Shown piece by piece: positions 49,432-58,906 of a stretch of DNA of 64,000 nucleotides. The notes beneath the pieces are model-generated. The model searched no databases and was not told where the DNA came from. It saw only the letters and a list, made by a program, of their open reading frames with translations. Source of the stretch: Bacteroidota bacterium (GTDB taxonomy: Bacteria > Bacteroidota > Bacteroidia > Bacteroidales > Prolixibacteraceae). The stretch spans positions 6,258-70,257 of the forward strand of contig JAHEYT010000046.1 of NCBI GenBank assembly GCA_023251455.1, read 5' to 3'. Numbering within the stretch: position 1 is the first letter of the stretch; each line of letters starts with the position of its first letter. A program made the translations under genes and the position numbers.

Positions 49432-49650
49432 TTTCTGAAACACTAATCGGTAAAATCTTCTCAATGCATATTAAGTTGAGATTTCTCACTTCGTTCGAAA
49501 TGACAATCAGCTAGTTGTGTAAGGAAAGCAGGGTAGGTTTGCGGCTTCGCCGCAAACCTACCCTGCTTTCCTTCAGACTCTGTGAATACCTGTCATTCTG
49601 AGCGAAGCGAAGAATCTTGGATTTTTAACCGGACACCAATGTTTCTGAAA
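49432..49650. mobile_element. MITE-like non-autonomous element (49441-49641) with 9 bp direct repeats TTTCTGAAA
   Basis: Identical 9-mers at 49432-49440 and 49642-49650; degenerate terminal inverted repeats; nested internal palindromes. Confidence 0.7.
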
Positions 49651-49663
49651 CTGATCCGAATTT

Positions 49664-51595
49664 TCAGTTTACTCGACCCACTTCTTTAATAATCAGGCAA
49701 GCGCCGCCTCCGGCAGCAAGTTTTACATGGACTTCGTCTTTTCGGTTTATGATTTTTTTCTCAGCTTTCAATTCTTCCCTATTGTTGAGATAATGAGCCT
49801 GATCGCCATCCTGAATAACAGTTACCTCGTATTTCCCTCGCTTCAGGAAATTGAGAGGTATCTCGAGTTCGCGGGGCAATTCGTTGGTAGCAGCGCCAAC
49901 CAGCCAAACACCATCGGATGCCTGACGAGCCATCACGATGTATTCGCCAATTTCTCCTGAAAGTGTTTTGCTTTCCTTCCAGGGCATTTTTTGTGCTGCA
50001 ATAAATTTTAGCAAATCAGGATACTTGCGGTAATACTCCGGAATGTCAGGAATAATAGTCGCTCCTGAAAAAACAATCAGGGTGCGCGCTGCTTCCGAAA
50101 CCAAAGTAGAAGGAACCGGTTGATTTTCGTCAACGCGCGTGGTTTTTCCCTGTCGAAGATCGAACATGCCATTATTCATGTCGATTGGTCCGGCAAGCAT
50201 ATTTACAAAAACGGAGGTTACAAAAGTTGAAGGAACAAAAACATGGTGTCCATCCAATTGGGCATGGCAAAACTCGCGGGTTACTGCATTTGGAAAAGTG
50301 CGCATCTGGCCGTAAGGATGGACTGGCCCGTCGTGAAAATCACAAAGAAGGTGATTTAGAGCACAAAGTTCCGTAATCTTGCGTGTCCAAGCATTTTTCT
50401 CGGCAGGATTACCTTTCATAAATCCATATTTGATACCGGCTGCACCCCAGTCGCCATATTGTTTCAATGTCTGTTCAATCGGAAATTTCCGTCCACCCAC
50501 ATCGTTCAGGTAAAGCCAAATGCCGATACCTTTTTCTTTTCCATACTGAAGTAATTTTCGCACATCATTGGCTTTGTCGCCTTTCACCGGATCAGAATTT
50601 GCTTCATGCTCCGGTCCATACCAATTGGCGTCTAAAACGAGGTAACGAATGTTGTTTTCGGCAGCAAAATCAACCATCCGAACCCACGAAGGATAGCTCA
50701 TCGAATAGGTGAACCCGTCAACTTGTGCGCCGTCAATGCGCCAATCCCAAACTGCTACGCCAGGTTTTACCCAGGAAAAATCTCCCTTTGCAGCAGGATT
50801 TAATAGTTCAATCAAATGCGAGTCTACCAATGTCCCGGGAGTTTTTCCGCAGAGAATAACCCGCCATGCCGATTGGAAATTGCCTTCCAGTTTTCCCGGA
50901 TCGGAAACTATTGAAAAAGTGGTGCTGCCTTTTGTTGATTGAATCACCAGCGGATCGCCAGTCACCAGGTCGGCTTCATGAATGGCCAGATACAATTTAT
51001 CGCTGGCTTTTACTGTCATCACCGGCAATCGTTTTCCATTACTTTCCGAAAGTTTTTCGGGACCAATATTGGCGTTTTCGCCATTATAGAACCAAGCCGT
51101 GTAATCGCCGGCAAAATGGTAGCTTGTTAATTCTTTAGTTGCAATCAAACTATTCTTTTCTTCGGAAGGAACGCTGTAACGAAATGCTATTCCATCGTTG
51201 TATGCCTTGACTTCGATTCGTAGATGTTGAAGTTTCGAGGTATCCGGGCCTGACATATTTAGGAATAATTCGTTGTATTCATCAGGAACAACCAAACGTT
51301 TTCCCCAAACAGGTTTCCAAACAGAGACAACCGAATGTTGTTCCGAACATTCGAGAACCCAACCCAAAGACGGCACCGAAACAGAATTTACAGCAGAATA
51401 TCCCATCCGAGAATCAATTATAACCGACTGTTTGTAAGCGCTAAATGAATAAATCAACTCACCATTTTTGTTCAGCTGAAAAGTGATGGAAAGATTTCCG
51501 TCTGGAGATTGGAGTGTTTTGATTTCCTGCGCAGACAAATTCAGGATTGAAAGACTAGCAACAATAAATAGCAGTAATCGGATTGTTTGTTTCAT
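49664..51595 (-). CDS. Glycoside hydrolase family 97
   Basis: SPDGNL, YNDGIAFRY, SWVKPG, DFHDG, LAGPID, GEIGEYIVMAR. Confidence 0.88.
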   Translation of the reverse strand: MKQTIRLLLFIVASLSILNLSAQEIKTLQSPDGNLSITFQLNKNGELIYSFSAYKQSVIIDSRMGYSAVNSVSVPSLGWVLECSEQHSVVSVWKPVWGKRLVVPDEYNELFLNMSGPDTSKLQHLRIEVKAYNDGIAFRYSVPSEEKNSLIATKELTSYHFAGDYTAWFYNGENANIGPEKLSESNGKRLPVMTVKASDKLYLAIHEADLVTGDPLVIQSTKGSTTFSIVSDPGKLEGNFQSAWRVILCGKTPGTLVDSHLIELLNPAAKGDFSWVKPGVAVWDWRIDGAQVDGFTYSMSYPSWVRMVDFAAENNIRYLVLDANWYGPEHEANSDPVKGDKANDVRKLLQYGKEKGIGIWLYLNDVGGRKFPIEQTLKQYGDWGAAGIKYGFMKGNPAEKNAWTRKITELCALNHLLCDFHDGPVHPYGQMRTFPNAVTREFCHAQLDGHHVFVPSTFVTSVFVNMLAGPIDMNNGMFDLRQGKTTRVDENQPVPSTLVSEAARTLIVFSGATIIPDIPEYYRKYPDLLKFIAAQKMPWKESKTLSGEIGEYIVMARQASDGVWLVGAATNELPRELEIPLNFLKRGKYEVTVIQDGDQAHYLNNREELKAEKKIINRKDEVHVKLAAGGGACLIIKEVGRVN

Positions 51596-51875
51596 GTCAG
51601 ATTTGGTTTAGGTTTGGGATATTACTGTTCCGAAGCGATACGAAATTAATGAATTCTTCGCACATATAAAGATACGCTAAAATGAATCTGTCGTTCAAAG
51701 TTAAATAGACACTGAGGAAACCAGAAAATACAGTCGTTCACTATCCGACAACAAAATTCAACCTCAAATCATCAAATCTTCAGACTTCCTTAATGGTAAA
51801 ACCCTTTTCGACTGTTTAGTGTTTAATTGCTGTTACTTTTACTATTCAATTTTGACAACAAACAACTATTCCCAA

Positions 51876-54686
51876 ATGATGAAACGAGCCTGTTTTTTGC
51901 TTTTGATTTGCACAATATGCTTTTCGCCGATTCTGAATGCCCAGGTGGTGAATAAAAAACCATTGACGACCGATGATTTTGCAGATTGGAAAGTACTGGA
52001 TAACGCTATCATTTCCAATGATGGCAAGTATTCAGCCTTCGAAATTAATCCTCAAAAAGGCGATGGAAATCTGGTGGTAAAAACCGTTGATTCGAAAAAA
52101 GAGAATTGGCTCGCTCGTGGTTATGCTGCCAGTTTTTCTCCTGAAACAGATTATATCGTGTATAAAATCAAACAACCGGCCGATTCGATCAGGATTGCCA
52201 AAAAGAAAAAACTGAAGAAAGAACAGATGCCTAAAGACAGCATTGGAATTCTGGTTTTCAAACACCACCGGGTTTATGCATTTCCTAACCTGAAACAATT
52301 TTCCCTGCCGAAAGAAAACGCCAAATGGGTAGCATTTTTAACTGATATGAAAAAAGCAAAAAAGAAGTCAGAAAAAGAAGCAAGTGAAGCGAAAACAAAA
52401 AAAGCTGACGATCAGGCTGATCAAAAAAGCCAGTTGGTATTGTTTCATCCGGCATCGGGCGATACGGTTTGTTTCCAGAATATCAGCGAATATTATTATG
52501 CTCCGCTGGGACAAAGCATAACTTTTATCCGTCAGACCAAAGACTCGCTCGACCGAACCGAAGTGCTTGTTTTTAATACCGAAACCCGAAAGTCAAATGT
52601 CATCTTTAGTCGCCTGGGAACAGCTAAAAAAATCGCATCCGATCAGCAAGGCGGACGGTTTGGTTTTGTATTTTCAGCCGACACCATCAAAGAGAAAACA
52701 TACAGTTTGTACTATGGTTCCGTAACTTCAGGCGAACCCAAAGCGGTTGTTTTACCCGATCAATCGGGACTTCCATTGGGATGGTCGCCCAGTGAATTTG
52801 GCGAACTTTCGTTTTCGGATAACGGTCAGTTGCTATATTTTGGAACAAACCATAAACCAAAAGTTGAGCCAAAAGATACTCTTCTGGAAGACGAAAAACC
52901 GATTCTGGATATCTGGACATGGCAAGACAAAGAATTACAGCCCGAACAAAAAATCAACCTCGAAAAAGAAAAAAAACGCAGCTACAAAGCAGTTTATATG
53001 ATTGACAAAAACAAATTTGTTCAGCTGGGAAATCCGGAAGTCAGGGATATCAAAACCATTCAGAAAGGGAATGGACTTGTAGCCCTCGGAATCGATCCAA
53101 CTCCCTATAAACTTGAATCATCGTGGACTGGTAAAGCAAATGCTGATTATTACCTGGTTGATATTGAAACCGGTATTAAACGGCAGATTGTTCAGGATAA
53201 ATCGTTGGTTTCGCTGTCGCCTGGAGGTAATTTCATTGCTTGGTACGATCCTGCCGACTCCTGCTATTATTCCCGTTCAACAAACATAAATTCATCCGAA
53301 GTTATCAAACTGACCAAACAAGTTCATGTTACATTTTGCGACGACCGCTGGGATATGCCAGGCGACGCTAATCCATACGGAATAGCTGGCTGGTCCGAAA
53401 ACGACAAATACATTTTTGTGTACGACCGATACGACATCTGGAGGTTTGACCTGGAAGGAAACAAAGTTCCGGTAAGTGCCACCCATAACTACGGAAGGAA
53501 AAACTCGCTTCGATTCAGGTATGAAAAACTTGATCCTGAGGAAGAATTTATTGACACGAATAAACCGGTTATCGTCAGCGCATTTGATGAGCGTAATAAA
53601 TCGGATGGTTATTTTAGCGCCGATCTACGGAATTATTCCGACCCGCGATTATTGATAATGGAAGATTGCCGTTTTGAAAACCTGAAAAAAGCAAAAAAAG
53701 CTGATGTTTTAATCTGGACCCGTGAAGATGTAAACGAATCGCCGGCCGCCTGGACCGGATCCCTGGCTTTCGAGCGCCGACATCAACTTTCGGATGCTAA
53801 TCCTCAACAGAAACAGTTTGTTTGGCCCGGAGTAAGGTTGGTGCACTGGGATTCTTTCTCCGGAAAAGAGCTTGAAGGCCTATTGTATTTTCCTGAAACC
53901 ATCGATCCGGAGAAAAAATATCCAATGGTGGTGTACTTTTACGAGCGAAATGCGGATAATTTACATGCTTATACCTCGCCTGCACCAACCCGTTCAACAG
54001 TTAACCGAACCTATTACACCAGCAACGATTACATCGTTTTTATTCCTGATATTACTTACCAGGAAGGCTATCCGGGACAGGCAGCATTTGATGCTGTGGT
54101 GAGTGGAGCTCAGTTTGTAAGCAACATGTTTCCGTTTATCGATCGCAAAAGAATTGGAATTCAGGGACAAAGCTGGGGTGGCTATCAAACGGCATGGCTA
54201 ATTACACAAACCAACATGTTCGCTGCTGCCATGGCTGGCGCTCCGGTTAGCAACATGACCAGCGCTTATGGCGGGATACGTTGGGAATCCGGATTATCGC
54301 GCATGTACCAGTATGAAAATTCGCAGAGTCGGATTGGAGCAAGTTTATGGGACAGGCCTTTGCAATACATCGAAAATTCGCCATTATTTTATGTACCAAA
54401 GATAAAGACGCCACTGCTAATCATGCATAACGATAACGACGGGGCAGTGCCATGGTATCAGGGAATTGAGTTGTTCGCAGCCATGCGCCGCCTCAACAAA
54501 CCAGCATGGATGCTTACCTATAATAATGAAGAGCATAACTTAAAAGCCGACAGCTGGGCCAACCGTATGGATTTGTCCATCCGAATGATACAGTTTTTCG
54601 ATCATTACCTTAAATATGAACCTATGCCCGCCTGGATGAAATATGGCATACCAGCTATTCAGAAAGGAAAAGAGTTGGGGTATTAA
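51876..54686 (+). CDS. S9 family serine peptidase (prolyl oligopeptidase-like)
   Basis: GQSWGG nucleophile, NDGAVPW, EEHN; signal peptide. Confidence 0.9.
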   Translation: MMKRACFLLLICTICFSPILNAQVVNKKPLTTDDFADWKVLDNAIISNDGKYSAFEINPQKGDGNLVVKTVDSKKENWLARGYAASFSPETDYIVYKIKQPADSIRIAKKKKLKKEQMPKDSIGILVFKHHRVYAFPNLKQFSLPKENAKWVAFLTDMKKAKKKSEKEASEAKTKKADDQADQKSQLVLFHPASGDTVCFQNISEYYYAPLGQSITFIRQTKDSLDRTEVLVFNTETRKSNVIFSRLGTAKKIASDQQGGRFGFVFSADTIKEKTYSLYYGSVTSGEPKAVVLPDQSGLPLGWSPSEFGELSFSDNGQLLYFGTNHKPKVEPKDTLLEDEKPILDIWTWQDKELQPEQKINLEKEKKRSYKAVYMIDKNKFVQLGNPEVRDIKTIQKGNGLVALGIDPTPYKLESSWTGKANADYYLVDIETGIKRQIVQDKSLVSLSPGGNFIAWYDPADSCYYSRSTNINSSEVIKLTKQVHVTFCDDRWDMPGDANPYGIAGWSENDKYIFVYDRYDIWRFDLEGNKVPVSATHNYGRKNSLRFRYEKLDPEEEFIDTNKPVIVSAFDERNKSDGYFSADLRNYSDPRLLIMEDCRFENLKKAKKADVLIWTREDVNESPAAWTGSLAFERRHQLSDANPQQKQFVWPGVRLVHWDSFSGKELEGLLYFPETIDPEKKYPMVVYFYERNADNLHAYTSPAPTRSTVNRTYYTSNDYIVFIPDITYQEGYPGQAAFDAVVSGAQFVSNMFPFIDRKRIGIQGQSWGGYQTAWLITQTNMFAAAMAGAPVSNMTSAYGGIRWESGLSRMYQYENSQSRIGASLWDRPLQYIENSPLFYVPKIKTPLLIMHNDNDGAVPWYQGIELFAAMRRLNKPAWMLTYNNEEHNLKADSWANRMDLSIRMIQFFDHYLKYEPMPAWMKYGIPAIQKGKELGY

Positions 54687-54769
54687 GAAGTTTCAAGTTC
54701 CAAATTCCAAGTGGCTCTAAACTTAGAATTTGGAACCTGAAACTTGAAAAATACACAGGGTATAAAAAC

Positions 54770-54801
54770 AAAAAAAGTGTCCATTTCTGAACACTTTTTT
54801 G
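54770..54801. terminator. Terminator of the tRNA operon (likely bidirectional)
   Basis: AAAAAAGTGT..ACACTTTTTT inverted repeat abutting the 3' end of tRNA-Gly. Confidence 0.7.
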
Positions 54802-54874
54802 AGCGGGAGACGAGATTCAAACTCGCGACCCTTAGCTTGGAAGGCTAATGCTCTATCAGCTGAGCTACTCCCGC
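54802..54874 (-). tRNA. tRNA-Gly(TCC)
   Basis: Cloverleaf: acceptor GCGGGAG/CTCCCGC, anticodon arm TTAGC-CTTCCAA-GCTAA, T-loop TTTGAAT. Confidence 0.93.
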
Positions 54875-54950
54875 GATTAATTTGTTATTCATGATTTATT
54901 ATTGACGATGAAAATTCATCATTTATAATTTATCATTCATAATTTCATTG

Positions 54951-55033
54951 TGGGGAGAGCAGGATTCGAACCTACGAAGACGTACGTCATCTGAGTTACA
55001 GTCAGACCCAGTTGGCCACTTTGGTATCTCCCC
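54951..55033 (-). tRNA. tRNA-Tyr(GTA)
   Basis: Acceptor GGGGAGA/TCTCCCC, anticodon arm TCTGA-CTGTAAC-TCAGA, long variable arm, TTCGAAT. Confidence 0.95.
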
Positions 55034-55064
55034 AAACAATACTTTCAGAACTTCATTCTTTAAG

Positions 55065-55138
55065 AGCCGAATCACAGATTCGAACTGTGGACCCCGAGAT
55101 TACAAATCACGTGCTCTGGCCAACTGAGCTAATTCGGC
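55065..55138 (-). tRNA. tRNA-Thr(TGT)
   Basis: Acceptor GCCGAAT/ATTCGGC, anticodon loop TTTGTAA, TTCGAAT. Confidence 0.95.
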
Positions 55139-55144
55139 ATAAAA

Positions 55145-55244
55145 GTGGGTAAGCTACCTGCATCGCACCGCTCAACCGTTTACCCTTGCTGCCTTCCGAC
55201 CCTGGGGGAATTCAACAGGAGCTAGTCGTACAGGACTTACCCGC
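55145..55244 (-). ncRNA. ffs: Signal recognition particle RNA (4.5S)
   Basis: About 100 nt hairpin with terminal stem GCGGGTAAG/CTTACCCAC and the domain IV signature CAGG-GTC-GGAA-GGC-AGCA. Confidence 0.92.
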
Positions 55245-55246
55245 GG

Positions 55247-55277
55247 CAAAAGTAGAAAAAAAAGCCTTGCCTGCAAA
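55247..55277 (-). promoter_or_regulatory. Bacteroidota sigma-A promoter of the ffs-tRNA operon
   Basis: TTTG (55274-55277), 19 nt spacer, TACTTTTG (55247-55254), immediately before ffs. Confidence 0.8.
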
Positions 55278-55454
55278 TGAATTCAAAGGCGGTCAGTAAT
55301 TTTTTTTCAATTCGGCAAACTAATCCTTTAGCGCTCAATCAACTATTGACTCAAAAAAAGTTTAACTTTCTTTTTTCGAACTTTTAATTGAGCGTAAATA
55401 ATAGTGCTGTCGATAAAATCGAATATATTTGTTAATCACTAATCAAAAATCACT

Positions 55455-56057
55455 ATGGAAGAACAACAAACCACCAGGATGAAGTTAACAATGACTTACG
55501 GCATTTACCTTGCCGGTATTAGTATAGTTACATCTCTTTTCATTTGGGCTACAAGCCTTATCGAGCATTTGGGACTAATTGGTTCTGCTCTCATTGGAGT
55601 ATTTCAATTTGGTCTGCTAGCCTTTCTTTTGGTTTATTTCACCAAGCGGTACCGCGATACCCTGTTTGATGGAAAAATCACTTTTGGGCAGGCATTTACT
55701 TTTGGTGTACTGCTTGTTGTTTTTAGTTCTGTAATAAGCGCCCTGTACAGTTATATCCTGAATAAATACATCGATCCTGAATATATGCACCGGGTAATGA
55801 CAATGATCCAGGATAAAACTTACCAGATGTTGTCTAATCAAGGTTTATCTCAGGAGCAGATTGATGCGGCTATGGTGAAATTTGAAGAAAAAGGAATTCC
55901 TTCTGCTATGGAAACTTTAGTTTCAAGTCTTCAGGGAGGAATTATTGGCGGAGCAATCATGTCGTTGATTAGTTCGGCCATTGTTAAAAAGAATGTGAAG
56001 GGTGATAGTGAAGATGCTTTTGACGAAGCAATGGAAGATGTAAAAACTGAAGAATAA
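55455..56057 (+). CDS. DUF4199 family membrane protein
   Basis: Four TM helices, YRD...ITFGQAF, YIDPEY. Confidence 0.75.
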   Translation: MEEQQTTRMKLTMTYGIYLAGISIVTSLFIWATSLIEHLGLIGSALIGVFQFGLLAFLLVYFTKRYRDTLFDGKITFGQAFTFGVLLVVFSSVISALYSYILNKYIDPEYMHRVMTMIQDKTYQMLSNQGLSQEQIDAAMVKFEEKGIPSAMETLVSSLQGGIIGGAIMSLISSAIVKKNVKGDSEDAFDEAMEDVKTEE

Positions 56058-56064
56058 TATCCTA

Positions 56065-57021
56065 ATGAATATTTCCGTAGTTGTACCACTTTTTAATGAA
56101 GTAGAATCGCTTCCTGAACTGACCGCTTGGATTGACCGCGTGATGGAAGCCAACCGCTTTTCGTACGAAGTTATTTTGATTGATGATGGTAGTACCGATG
56201 GTTCATGGGAACTAATCGAGCAACTCTGCCTGCAAAACACATGTATCAAAGGCATCAAATTCAGGAGAAACTACGGAAAATCGGCAGGGTTATTTTGCGG
56301 ATTCGCACAGGCCGAAGGCGATGTGGTAATTACGATGGATGCCGACCTTCAGGACAGCCCCGAAGAAATTCCGGAACTTTACCGCATGATCACCGAAGAA
56401 AAGTATGACTTGGTTTCGGGTTGGAAGAAAAAACGCTACGACCCGATTCTTTCAAAAAACATTCCAAGCAAATTTTACAACTGGACGGCCCGCCGGATGA
56501 CCGGAATTAAAATCCACGATTTTAACTGTGGCCTGAAAGCCTACCGTAAAAAAGTAATTAAAAGCATTGAAGTGTATGGCGACATGCACCGATACATTCC
56601 GGTACTGGCCAAATGGGCAGGTTTTAAGCGCATTGGCGAAAAAGTGGTTCAGCATCAGGAACGCAAATTCGGAACTACTAAATTTGGCATGGAGCGCTTT
56701 ATTCGTGGCCCTCTCGATCTACTTTCGGTCATTTTCATTTCGAAGTTCAGTAAGCGCCCGATGCACTTTTTTGGGGTCTTTGGCACGCTCGTGTTTTTAC
56801 TTGGACTTGCAGCTGCGGTTTGGGTTGGTGCCCAAAAGGTTATGCATACCCTTCAAAATGAACTCGCACCCCGAATTACGGAGAGTCCCTATTTTTACCT
56901 GTCGCTGGCAGCCATGATTATTGGTACGCAGCTTTTCCTGGCCGGATTCCTCGCCGAACTGAATGTCCGGAACTCTACCGACCGGAATTCTTATTTGATT
57001 GATAAAAAGACCAACATCTGA
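56065..57021 (+). CDS. Glycosyltransferase family 2 (polyprenol-phosphate glycosyltransferase-like)
   Basis: VVVPLFNE, IDDGSTD, RNYGKS, MDADLQD, HDFNCG; two C-terminal TM helices. Confidence 0.9.
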   Translation: MNISVVVPLFNEVESLPELTAWIDRVMEANRFSYEVILIDDGSTDGSWELIEQLCLQNTCIKGIKFRRNYGKSAGLFCGFAQAEGDVVITMDADLQDSPEEIPELYRMITEEKYDLVSGWKKKRYDPILSKNIPSKFYNWTARRMTGIKIHDFNCGLKAYRKKVIKSIEVYGDMHRYIPVLAKWAGFKRIGEKVVQHQERKFGTTKFGMERFIRGPLDLLSVIFISKFSKRPMHFFGVFGTLVFLLGLAAAVWVGAQKVMHTLQNELAPRITESPYFYLSLAAMIIGTQLFLAGFLAELNVRNSTDRNSYLIDKKTNI

Positions 57022-57173
57022 GGGGAATGATGAGTTATAAGTTATTTGTCAATCTTAAATCTCCGGAATTCATTATTGACATATACCTAAATCTTGCCAG
57101 TTAACCATTTCATAACAGCATTTTCAAAACAAATCTGTTGGCTTGTCGTTTATCTTATCAAACAATTTTAAAA

Positions 57174-57830
57174 ATGGGAACACAGTCAACAGAACAATAT
57201 AGACGACAGCTCAGCACAGGCGAAGAAATTGCAAACAGCATTACCCACGGAATTGGGGCATTACTAAGCATCGTAGCATTAATTATACTCATTATTGTTG
57301 CCGGAAGATCAGGAGACATCTGGCATTTGGTGAGCTTTTCAATCTACGGAAGCACGTTGATCCTGCTTTATTTGTCATCAACACTTTATCACAGTTTTAC
57401 AAGTCCGAAGTTAAAGAACCTCTTTGCGCGCTTCGATCACATTTCTATTTTTTTACTGATCGCCGGAACCTACACCCCCATCCTACTCACTTCGCTGCGA
57501 GGTGTCTGGGGATGGACATTGTTTGGAATCATTTGGACGGCAGCATTGGTTGGGGCAATAATCCGGTCAATATACCTCCATCGGTTTCGGAAATTAATGG
57601 TAGCCATTTACCTGATCATGGGCTGGATGTTTGTTCTGGCTGGTAATCAAATCTACCAAAAACTGCCATCAATAAGTTTAACTTTCCTGGTTTTGGGCGG
57701 AATCGCTTATTCGGTAGGAGTCATTTTCTATATGTGGAGGAAACTTCCCTACAGCCACGGAATCTGGCACCTGTTTGTTTTAACCGGAAGTATACTTCAC
57801 TTTTTTGCCATCTATTTCAGTATTCAATAG
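57174..57830 (+). CDS. Hemolysin III / PAQR family membrane protein
   Basis: EEIANSITHG, STLYH, DHISIFLLIAGTYTP, HGIWHLFV. Confidence 0.92.
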   Translation: MGTQSTEQYRRQLSTGEEIANSITHGIGALLSIVALIILIIVAGRSGDIWHLVSFSIYGSTLILLYLSSTLYHSFTSPKLKNLFARFDHISIFLLIAGTYTPILLTSLRGVWGWTLFGIIWTAALVGAIIRSIYLHRFRKLMVAIYLIMGWMFVLAGNQIYQKLPSISLTFLVLGGIAYSVGVIFYMWRKLPYSHGIWHLFVLTGSILHFFAIYFSIQ

Positions 57831-57839
57831 CCAGGAAAA

Positions 57840-58712
57840 TTATCCTGCAATTCTCTTGATAAAATCATTGTTGTTTTTGACAACCACTACGTTTGACGGC
57901 AATTTCGGTTTGTGAATACCAATTTGGCGGCCGGCAATTAAAATTTTATTCTGATTAAAAACCAGCGATAAATTAGCCAAATACAGCTCCAGTTCCGGTT
58001 TTTCGATGGCACAAATGAAAGAAGTGCACACAAAATCGTATTTATTGGCGGTCAATAGATTTGCTAAATCTTCGAAAGGCAGGCTTTGTCCAAGGTAAAC
58101 ACATCGTAATCCAGCTTGTGCCGCTAAAAAATTGAAATAAAGTAATCCGAGTTCGTGCCATTCATTTTCGTGAAGAAAGAACAAAACTGATTTAGAGGCT
58201 TCATTGCTTTCGAATTTGGCAGTTTCACGTATCAAGCGGTTACGAATCAGGTTTGAAACAAAATGTTCGTGTGCAGTAAAAATTGAACCCGCCTGCCACA
58301 AAATTCCAATACGTTCAAAGAAGGGAAAAATCACTTGCTGAATTGTCTTTGAAAAGCCAAGTTCACCGATTATTTTATCGATCATCGCCTCGAATCCAAA
58401 GGTATCCAGGTTAACCGTATGAAACAGCAACTGGTCAATATCTTTATCCGGATCGTTGGCATACTTATTAATTCTCAGTATTTCAGACTGAAGTTTTACC
58501 TCGTCAAAAGTTGCGACATTCGAAATTTTGTATCCGTTTTTCACCAACATGGCCACATTCAAAATCCTTCTGACATCCTGATCGGAATACGAGCGGATAT
58601 TGGTATCTGTGCGGTCGGGGTCAAGCAGCGCGTATCTTTTTTCCCAAATACGTATGGTGTGAGCTTTTATACCCGATAAATGTTCCAGATCTTTAATTGA
58701 ATACACCGTCAT
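57840..58712 (-). CDS. MerR family regulator with cobalamin-binding domain (CarH/LitR-like)
   Basis: YSIKDLEHLSGIKAHTIRIWEKRY; W-x9-EH (WQAGSIFTAHEH); EWHELG; YLG. Confidence 0.85.
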   Translation of the reverse strand: MTVYSIKDLEHLSGIKAHTIRIWEKRYALLDPDRTDTNIRSYSDQDVRRILNVAMLVKNGYKISNVATFDEVKLQSEILRINKYANDPDKDIDQLLFHTVNLDTFGFEAMIDKIIGELGFSKTIQQVIFPFFERIGILWQAGSIFTAHEHFVSNLIRNRLIRETAKFESNEASKSVLFFLHENEWHELGLLYFNFLAAQAGLRCVYLGQSLPFEDLANLLTANKYDFVCTSFICAIEKPELELYLANLSLVFNQNKILIAGRQIGIHKPKLPSNVVVVKNNNDFIKRIAG

Positions 58713-58906
58713 AGTTCGGTTTTTAATGTACTTTTCAGAATAACTTATAGCTTAAAACAGGCAATCCGATATTTTGTTTTAAGTTTCAACCCAATTAATA
58801 AACAAAATTTGGGCAACAACTTACAATCGGTCACTACAAGCCAATTTCAGTTAAATTCTTTAGCTTTGAATCAGCAATCACAAATTGACTTTTAAACAAA
58901 AAAAAT

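Noticed and set aside
49479-49617. CRISPR array or riboswitch interpretation of the palindromes
   Set aside because: The repeats are inverted and nested rather than direct repeats with spacers, there are no cas genes, and no aptamer consensus is recognisable.
51690-51760. GTCGTTCA direct repeats as LytTR-type sites (also ACGAA pairs near 36804 and 41980)
   Set aside because: The matches are short with irregular spacing and cannot be distinguished from chance by eye.
54802-55138. tRNA-anchored genomic island
   Set aside because: There is no integrase, and I noticed no duplicated tRNA 3' end in the window.
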